A stretch of DNA of 64,000 nt. Source: an uncultured Prevotellaceae bacterium. Lineage in GTDB: Bacteria; Bacteroidota; Bacteroidia; Bacteroidales; Bacteroidaceae. The stretch's first letter is position 1; each line of letters opens with the position of its first letter. Below are positions 58,401 through 64,000 of this stretch, in pieces. Where the stretch lies: positions 5,620 to 69,619 of the forward strand of contig ONLY01000010.1 in the NCBI GenBank assembly GCA_900318775.1, written 5' to 3'. The position numbers and the translations under genes were made by a program. The notes beneath the pieces were generated by a model. That model had not been told where the DNA came from. It was given only the letters and a program-made list of their open reading frames with translations, and made no database searches.

Positions 58401-58885
58401 AGATACCAAAGCGACTCGATGTACTTGTTGTCGTAGGTGATGTAGGGGTGTTCCAAATCCACCCAATATCCCATCTTGTCGGTGAGCTCGGTCCACTCGT
58501 TCGTGTACATCATTACGTTCTTGCGGCAAGCGTCATTGTAATCGTCCACGCTGATTTTCTTGCCGATATCCTCTTTGGTTATGCCTAAGGACTTTTCTAC
58601 GCTCAGCTCCACGGGCAGTCCATGAGTGTCCCATCCTGCCTTGCGCTTCACCTGGAAACCCTGCATGGTTTTGTATCGCAGGAATGTATCTTTAATGGTT
58701 CTGCCCATTACGTGGTGTATGCCGGGATGTCCGTTGGCAGATGGTGGTCCTTCAAAGAAAATGAATTGAGGGCAGCCTTCGCGTTCCTCAATGCTCTTAT
58801 GGAACATGTCTTCCTTGTTCCATTGTTCCAAAACCTCCTTATTCACATCTGAGAGGTTCAGTTTGGCTCTTTCTGTAAATTTCAT
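55412..58885 (-). CDS. ileS: Isoleucyl-tRNA synthetase (long type)
   Basis: 1157 aa. PSANGHPGIHHV (HIGH) and KMSKRLGN (KMSKS). Confidence 0.97.
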   Translation of the reverse strand: MKFTERAKLNLSDVNKEVLEQWNKEDMFHKSIEEREGCPQFIFFEGPPSANGHPGIHHVMGRTIKDTFLRYKTMQGFQVKRKAGWDTHGLPVELSVEKSLGITKEDIGKKISVDDYNDACRKNVMMYTNEWTELTDKMGYWVDLEHPYITYDNKYIESLWYLLKQLYNKGLLYKGYTIQPYSPAAGTGLSSHELNQPGCYRDVKDTTVTAQFLVKDACEGLKDKGELTGEMPCNLKTYILAWTTTPWTLPSNTALCVGPKIDYVAAKGKNPYSGEEAIYILAEARLSSYFAAEKDEEGNEKPVEILWRGKGTDLVGLYYNQLMPWVKPCALENNQVVVKEDEAFRVIPGDYVTTEDGTGIVHIAPTFGADDAKVAKDAGIPSLFVIDKAGDTRPMVDFTGKYFVKEDMNEEFVKLCVNDSYWKHSGDFVKNAYDPKYNQGGKYDEKAATKDMDLNVVICLEMKEEGSAFKIEKHVHNYPHCWRTDKPVLYYPLDSWFIKSTAKKDRMFELNKTIQWKPESTGTGRFGKWLENLNDWNLSRSRYWGTPLPIWRNRDTREEVCIGSVEELYNEIDKAVSAGVMASNPLKDKGFVPGDMSQDNYDKIDLHRPYVDDIKLVSGKGNVLTRELDLIDVWFDSGAMPYAQIHYPFENKDLIDKGTAYPANFIAEGVDQTRGWFFTLHAIATMVFDSVAYKAVISNGLVLDKNGIKMSKRLGNVINPFECIGTYGADAVRWYMITNSSPWDNLSFDPEGVKEVTSQFFIKLQQAYSFFTMYANVDGFEYKEADIPYTERPDFDRWLLSELNTLVKNVQTYLDDYDPTPAGRLIQSFVIDNLSNWYIRLNKPRFWGGEMTNDKLSAYQTLYTCLDTLSRLIAPIAPFYADQLFRDLNSATRKDTAKSVHLAKFPTFNEAYIDSELESAMEAAMKVTSMGLSIRKKVKIPVIQALQSIAIPDTDAVFSGRIERMKDIIMKEVNVKELQLMDGKMLVKNVKCNFRVMGKKFGKMMKAVSNAVTEMSQAQIAELEANGQVTLQAEGQDAVIELADVDIMSQDIPGWSVANEGTTTVALDITITPALKNEGNARKVIKQIQGLRKSQGFEITDRIRVIITETPETKAVLDDFKENIAAQVLANSITLGNPEGEAINFDEFKAVISVQKD

Positions 58886-58980
58886 AATCCAAAATTTAAA
58901 TTCATCATTCGTTCTTGAGCCTATTGTGCTTGCATGTTTGCGTTAACTCATTAGAATGGTGAATTTATGCTATGATGCAC

Positions 58981-59430
58981 TTATTTGAGTTTTATATCTT
59001 TCAATTTCTGTTCCTTTCCGCAGTAGCGGCACTTCAGCGTGTCCTTGTCCATGCGGTAGAATACCGTTTTCATGGGCTCATTGTTGGTGATGCACACAGG
59101 ATTGGCGCACTTAACGATGTTGGTCAATTCCTTAGGTAGTGTCACCTCGCGCTTTTCTGCCACCTCATAATTGCGTATGACAGTCAGCCGGATGTTGGGG
59201 CAGAGTACAGCCAGCTTGCTAATTTCTGCCTCTGTGAAGAACTTGCCTGCTATCTTGATAATTCCCTTCTTGCCCATGATTTGGCTTTCCAAATTGTTGC
59301 CAATGAGTACAGGCTCGGTGCATTTCTCCAGTTGGAGCAGTTGAGCTACGGTGAAGAGTTTGTCTGTTGGTATGTGGTCAATCACAGAGCCATTCTCTAG
59401 CGCTGCGACCAGTTTTTGTTGCTTATCCAT
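58981..59430 (-). CDS. pyrI: Aspartate carbamoyltransferase regulatory subunit
   Basis: 149 aa with a C-terminal Zn Cys pattern: CANPVCITN ... CRYCG. Confidence 0.9.
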   Translation of the reverse strand: MDKQQKLVAALENGSVIDHIPTDKLFTVAQLLQLEKCTEPVLIGNNLESQIMGKKGIIKIAGKFFTEAEISKLAVLCPNIRLTVIRNYEVAEKREVTLPKELTNIVKCANPVCITNNEPMKTVFYRMDKDTLKCRYCGKEQKLKDIKLK

Positions 59431-59433
59431 TGC

Positions 59434-60381
59434 TTAGTCGATGATTGTGTTGTCGTTCTTGATTTGGTTGAGTGTGATTCCCAGTACGTCACATATCAGT
59501 GCCTCGCGAGCATAGAGCCCATTCTGCGCCTGGTCAAAGTAGTAAGCATGCTTGCTTTCGTCCACATCATACTCAATCTCGTTTACGCGTGGCAGCGGAT
59601 GCAGAATCTTCATGTTCTCCTTGGCCTTGCCCAGCATGTCTGCCTTCAGAATGTAGGCGTCCTTCACACGTTCATATTCCATCAGGTCCGTAAAGCGTTC
59701 ACGCTGTACGCGGGTCATATAAAGGATATCTGCATCGGCAATAGTGTCTTCTGTGAAGTCCTGCTGCTCAATGTACTTGATGTTGTTCTGTTTGCAGTAA
59801 AGTTTGTACTCGTCAGGCATCTCCAATTCCTTTGGAGCGATGAAGTGGAAAGTTGGATTGTACTTTCGCATGGACATCAGCAGCGAGTGCACTGTGCGTC
59901 CATACTTCAAGTCTCCCACCATGTAGATGTTCAAGTTGTTCAGTGTGCCTTGTGTCTTGTATATGGAATAAAGGTCAAGCATCGTTTGTGAAGGATGCAG
60001 ATTGGAACCGTCGCCTGCATTAATGATGGGTACGTCTGTCACTTCGCTTGCATACAGAGCAGCACCTTCCAGCTTGTGGCGCATCACAATCACATCTGCA
60101 TAGTTACTTACCATTTTAATGGTGTCTTTCAGTGTTTCACCCTTTGATGAACTTGTCACTTTCGGGTCGGTGAAACCAATCACACGTGCTCCCAGACGGT
60201 TAGCTGCTGTCTCAAATGACAATCTCGTTCTTGTACTGGGCTCGAAAAACAGTGTGGCTACTACCTTGCCTTTCAGGAGCTGACGGTTCGGGTGCGCCTC
60301 AAATTCTGTCGCCATGTCGAGCAGATACTGAATCTTCTCTTTTCCGTAGTCGGCAATTGAAACAATGCTTCTATTTTCCAT
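59434..60381 (-). CDS. pyrB: Aspartate carbamoyltransferase catalytic subunit (start at MENRSIV)
   Basis: STRTRLSFE and HPLPR. A TACCTTTG box inside the longer ORF supports the internal start. Confidence 0.92.
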   Translation of the reverse strand: MENRSIVSIADYGKEKIQYLLDMATEFEAHPNRQLLKGKVVATLFFEPSTRTRLSFETAANRLGARVIGFTDPKVTSSSKGETLKDTIKMVSNYADVIVMRHKLEGAALYASEVTDVPIINAGDGSNLHPSQTMLDLYSIYKTQGTLNNLNIYMVGDLKYGRTVHSLLMSMRKYNPTFHFIAPKELEMPDEYKLYCKQNNIKYIEQQDFTEDTIADADILYMTRVQRERFTDLMEYERVKDAYILKADMLGKAKENMKILHPLPRVNEIEYDVDESKHAYYFDQAQNGLYAREALICDVLGITLNQIKNDNTIID

Positions 60382-60537
60382 ATAATTTGTATGTCTAATG
60401 ATTTCCTTTTCTTGCTTCTCCCAAAAATCGTACAAAGGTATGAACAAATAGAGGAATTTCCAAATTTATTTAAGTTTTTCCAAACGAGAAAACTTTAGAG
60501 GAGACTCAAATGCTGATATTGTTATTTTCAGGTCACG

Positions 60538-60565
60538 AAAAAGGCCTCAAAGAACCTTTGAGACC
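60538..60565 (-). terminator. Intrinsic terminator after the PNPOx-like gene
   Basis: 10-bp stem GGCCTCAAAG / CTTTGAGACC (one mismatch), with a U5 run on the minus strand. Confidence 0.55.
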
Positions 60566-60610
60566 CGTTGGTTTTAAATTGTATATCCAAGTTGAGATGT
60601 GCAGGGAATG

Positions 60611-61003
60611 TTAAAAATGAACAACATCGTACACTCCTCTCAGATTGCTGAATGTGGCTGTGGCGTCTTTCACATAATACATAATCATGTTCTCTGTGCC
60701 TAGGCTTTCCCCTAAAGCTGGAATCTTCTTGATCAAGGCCCCTCTGACTTCTATCCGGTTGTCCATGACCAGCTTGCCGTTCATGCGCAATACATTGTTC
60801 TTGAATATGCAGATTTCAAACTTGGGGTTCTTTTCCAGTTGATCTGGTGCATTAGTGCCTTTGATAGCCATGAAATACAACTTTCCCTCAAATAGCAGGC
60901 TGGCGCCGTATACTCTTACGCGGGGCTGGTCTCCTTCGATTGTTGCCAAGTAAAATTCGTTTGCTTTGTTTAGGAAATCATATACTTTCTGAATGTCTTC
61001 CAT
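60611..61003 (-). CDS. Pyridoxamine 5-prime-phosphate oxidase-like FMN-binding split-barrel protein
   Basis: 130 aa. FYLATIEGDQPRVRVYG...GKLYFMAIKG fits the PNPOx-like pattern. Confidence 0.6.
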   Translation of the reverse strand: MEDIQKVYDFLNKANEFYLATIEGDQPRVRVYGASLLFEGKLYFMAIKGTNAPDQLEKNPKFEICIFKNNVLRMNGKLVMDNRIEVRGALIKKIPALGESLGTENMIMYYVKDATATFSNLRGVYDVVHF

Positions 61004-61554
61004 TGGGTAAAGATATTAAAAGGGTTTAACGTAAAGATGCTTTCATGTCGCAAATGTATCATATTCTATTTTAATCTCCAAATTTGAACGAGAAAAAACA
61101 CATTTTATTGAAAATATCCTTGCTTGGATTCGTGCGTGGCAGATTTGAAAGCATGTTCCGAATAGATAAGGAATAGCTCCAATAAGCAGAGGCGCACGTC
61201 ACGAGACTTGTACAGGTTTCGTCTTCTTGTTGCCTTTTTATAGTGCGACAATCTAGATGATACCTCATTGAATGAAATGACAAGTTGCTTAAGGCGTGAG
61301 TTTATTGTCGAACACGGCATGAGTCAATTGTAGAGCAAGGCGTAATGTTTTTAAGGAGAGAATGTGGGGCATGTGCACGATGTCGAGAATGTATACGAGG
61401 AGCATGTCTTGAAGCAGGGTTATATACCTTGAATAGGGTATGGATTGCTATGATTGGGGTACAGGTTCTGGCGAAAAGGACTGTTTTAAGGTGATTTATA
61501 GGGGAAGATTTTGATGATTCGGGAAAAGTGGTGTATCTTTGCATTCTTAAAAGA

Positions 61555-62097
61555 ATGAATATGGTACATTTAGACAAGCAACAGGCTCTTGGGAAGTATG
61601 AGGAACTGGACGGCATCAGCTTCATCCGGTGGATAACGGATGGTTATCTTTCAGCAGTTGGTGGGGCTTTGACATCTCAGAACATGGAGATGCTGAGTGC
61701 AGAGCAGCATGCGGTGCTGTGCTACCGATATGTGCTGGATGAGGTGATGGAAGGTGGTTTCATTCAGTTGATTCTGAATGGCTATGCGCCTTATGTGCTT
61801 GAGGGACCGTTCCCGATGGTAGTCAAGAAGGAGTGGGGCGCAGTCTTGGGAAATGACAAGCAGGAACTCTCACCTGTCATGAAGAACTTTTCCAAGTTGC
61901 TGTATGATGTCAAAAAAGAGTATCACAAGCATCAGGATGAGTTGTCTCGAGAGTTGAGCGACGAGGACTTTATGGCGCTCTATGAGCAGCTTGAAGATTT
62001 GAATGAGATGGGTGACGATTTTCTTGATGACCACCAAGAGGAAGTGACCCCATTGGTGGCAAAAATGATTGTGGAAAATTTGGACCAATACATGTAA
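61555..62097 (+). CDS. DUF4375 / DMP19-like protein (start at MNMVHLD)
   Basis: VLDEVMEGGFIQLILNGY resembles the EV.NGGF.Q...N core of DUF4375. The TATCTTTG box at ~61533 precedes the shorter start. Confidence 0.5.
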   Translation: MNMVHLDKQQALGKYEELDGISFIRWITDGYLSAVGGALTSQNMEMLSAEQHAVLCYRYVLDEVMEGGFIQLILNGYAPYVLEGPFPMVVKKEWGAVLGNDKQELSPVMKNFSKLLYDVKKEYHKHQDELSRELSDEDFMALYEQLEDLNEMGDDFLDDHQEEVTPLVAKMIVENLDQYM

Positions 62098-62212
62098 AGA
62101 GAATCTCCGAAATCCGATGAGTTGAAGGCTGTAGCCCTAAACAAAAAAACGGAGTGAATGTGCAAGATGAAAGCAGTCTCCGGATGTGGAATATCGGTTT
62201 GAAAAGAATATT

Positions 62213-62689
62213 ATGGCAAAAAAGAAGATAGCAAAGAATCAGCAAGTGAACATCAAGAACAAGAGGGCGTCGTTTGATTACGAATTTATTGACACTTTCA
62301 CAGCTGGCATTGTCCTGACGGGAACGGAAATTAAGAGCATCCGTGCAGGAAAAGCGAGCTTGGTGGACACTTATTGTTATATTAATAACGGGGAAATTTG
62401 GGTAAAGAATATGTATGTGGCGCATTATCTGGAGGGTTCGTACAACAACCATTTGGAACGTAGAGAACGCAAATTGCTGTTGAACAGGAAGGAAATCCGT
62501 AACCTACAAGATGACACGAAGGCCCCCGGATTCACTATTGTGCCCGTTCGCCTTTACATTAACGAGAAGGGACTTGCAAAACTTGACATCGCACTGGCTC
62601 GAGGCAAGAAGGAATACGATAAGCGTCAGACATTGAAGGAGAAAGAAGACCGAAGGGAAATAGACAGAGCAAAGAAACACTATGTGTAA
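62213..62689 (+). CDS. smpB: SsrA-binding protein SmpB (start at MAKKKIAK)
   Basis: [29 protein letters not shown]...LLLNRKEI and a basic C-terminal tail. Confidence 0.92.
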   Translation: MAKKKIAKNQQVNIKNKRASFDYEFIDTFTAGIVLTGTEIKSIRAGKASLVDTYCYINNGEIWVKNMYVAHYLEGSYNNHLERRERKLLLNRKEIRNLQDDTKAPGFTIVPVRLYINEKGLAKLDIALARGKKEYDKRQTLKEKEDRREIDRAKKHYV

Positions 62690-62747
62690 ATAAAAAAGAG
62701 AAATTTCTATCTTCCACTTTTTTATTTCACCTCTCACATTTTGTATT

Positions 62748-64000
62748 ATGTTGGATACAAACATCATTAGAGAACGCATACTGATTTTGGATGGTGCGAT
62801 GGGCACCATGATTCAGCAGTACGGCCTGCAAGAAGAGGATTTCAGGGGCGAGCAGTTCAAGGATGTGCCCGGACTGATGAAGGGCAACAATGACATTCTT
62901 TGCTTGACCCGTCCAGACGTAATTGCAGACATTCACCGCAAGTACCTTGAGGCAGGAGCTGATTTGATTACCACCTGCACATTCTCCTCGCAGCGCATTT
63001 CAATGGCTGATTACAACGTGGAGAATTTCTGCCGCGAGATGAACTTGGCTGGTGCAAAAATTGCTCGCCAGCTGGCAGATGAGTACACACAAAAAACTCC
63101 TGGCAAACCGCGATTTGTGTTGGGTGATGTAGGTCCAACAAACAAGACGCTGAGTATTTCTCCCGATGTAAATAATCCTGCATTGCGAAGCCTTACTTAC
63201 GATGAGCTGGTAGATGCATATGTGGAGCAGATGGAGGCGCTCCTTGAAGGCGGAGTGGATGCCTTGCTTATTGAAACTATTTTTGACTCGCTCAATGCAA
63301 AGGCTGCTATATATGCTGCAGAAAAGGCAATGGAATCGACAAAGAAGCGCGTTCCGCTAATGCTTTCCGTCACCGTGAGCGATACTGCTGGACGAACTCT
63401 TTCAGGACAGACCTTGGAGGCTTTTCTTGCAAGTGTGCAGCATGCCGACATCTTCTCCATTGGCTTGAACTGTTCGTTTGGAGCGCGCCAGCTGAAGCCT
63501 TTCCTGAAAGTTTTGGCAGCGAAAGCTCCGTATTATATATCTGCGCACCCCAATGCAGGACTCCCCAATTCTTTGGGACTTTATGACCAGACTCCTGAGA
63601 TGATGGCTGAGCAAGTGAAGGAATATGTAGATGAAGGATTAGTCAACATTATAGGAGGCTGCTGCGGAACTACAGAGAAATTCATTGAGCAGTATCCTGC
63701 CATTATCGATGGGCAGAAGCCGCATGTGCCTGCCGAGAAACCGAAGAACCTGTGGTTGAGCGGTCTTGAACTGCTGGAACTTACACCCGAACGGCACTTT
63801 GTGAATGTGGGTGAACGTTGTAACGTGGCAGGCTCGCGCAAGTTCCTCCGTCTCATCAATGAGAAAAACTATGAAGAGGCCCTTTCCATCGCGCGGAAGC
63901 AAGTAGAGGACGGAGCATTGGTGCTTGATATCAATATGGATGATGGATTGCTCGATGCCAAGCATGAGATGGTAACGTTCCTGAATCTCTTGATGAGCGA
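62748..64000 (+). CDS. metH: Methionine synthase, N-terminal part (truncated by the window edge)
   Basis: My own translation from ATG 62748 gives MLDTNIIRERILILDGAMGTMIQ. It shows the Hcy-binding domain with GGCCGTT, then the pterin-binding start NVGERCNVAGS. The frame is open to position 64000. Confidence 0.9.
   Translation, partial: MLDTNIIRERILILDGAMGTMIQQYGLQEEDFRGEQFKDVPGLMKGNNDILCLTRPDVIADIHRKYLEAGADLITTCTFSSQRISMADYNVENFCREMNLAGAKIARQLADEYTQKTPGKPRFVLGDVGPTNKTLSISPDVNNPALRSLTYDELVDAYVEQMEALLEGGVDALLIETIFDSLNAKAAIYAAEKAMESTKKRVPLMLSVTVSDTAGRTLSGQTLEAFLASVQHADIFSIGLNCSFGARQLKPFLKVLAAKAPYYISAHPNAGLPNSLGLYDQTPEMMAEQVKEYVDEGLVNIIGGCCGTTEKFIEQYPAIIDGQKPHVPAEKPKNLWLSGLELLELTPERHFVNVGERCNVAGSRKFLRLINEKNYEEALSIARKQVEDGALVLDINMDDGLLDAKHEMVTFLNLLMS

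Noticed and set aside
1-64000. Search for CRISPR arrays, IS elements or transposases, integrases, rRNA, tmRNA, toxin-antitoxin pairs and riboswitches ahead of metH, pyrB and glnS
   Set aside because: I found no regularly spaced 25-40-nt repeats and no DDE, tyrosine- or serine-recombinase motifs in any long ORF. No rRNA- or tmRNA-like segments are present. The leaders of metH (58 nt) and dapA are too short for cobalamin or lysine riboswitches. These absences come from reading by eye, not from covariance-model scans.

Overview
This 64-kb segment reads like chromosomal DNA from a Prevotella/Bacteroidales-type bacterium. That is an inference from three things: TAnnTTTG -7 promoter boxes sit a few to ~40 nt upstream of most start codons, many genes are near-leaderless, and Bacteroidetes-typical DUF4105/DUF4270/DUF4296 families are present. 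From ~6.4 kb to 64 kb the content is ordinary core genome at about half G+C by my spot counts. It holds tRNA-His, folD, ffh, a DedA-family gene, tRNA-Thr, a NUDIX hydrolase, secA, an AlkP-family/DUF4105 pair, the complete nqrABCDEF operon, dnaB and glnS. It continues with a TPR protein, dapA, cdd, uxaB, htpG, an oadGAB-type Na+-translocating decarboxylase and an orphan EIIC(Gat)-like permease coupled to kduI. The remainder is a modF-like ATPase, a yqiA-like esterase, a DUF4270 plus short GT5 pair, an MBL hydrolase, aspS, a BamA/TamA-like OMP, a TrmH-family methyltransferase, DUF4296, lspA, ileS, pyrBI, a PNPOx-like protein, a DMP19/DUF4375-like protein, smpB and the 5-prime part of metH. The exception is the left ~6.4 kb. 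It is markedly AT-rich (single 60-nt lines give 22-37 % G+C against ~48 % in secA) and abuts the 3-prime end of tRNA-His. It carries one tightly packed minus-strand operon: a DUF1848-type radical-SAM-like protein, a cytoplasmic Sel1-repeat protein, a minimal 340-aa UvrD-like SF1 helicase, a 544-aa orphan with a SAP/Rho-N-like tail, and a protein with a class I methyltransferase-like domain that runs off the left edge. I know of no named defence or modification system with this composition, so it is my main candidate for something undescribed. The operon is truncated by the window and every functional statement about it is inference from motifs. I saw no integrase, transposase, CRISPR array or rRNA in the window.
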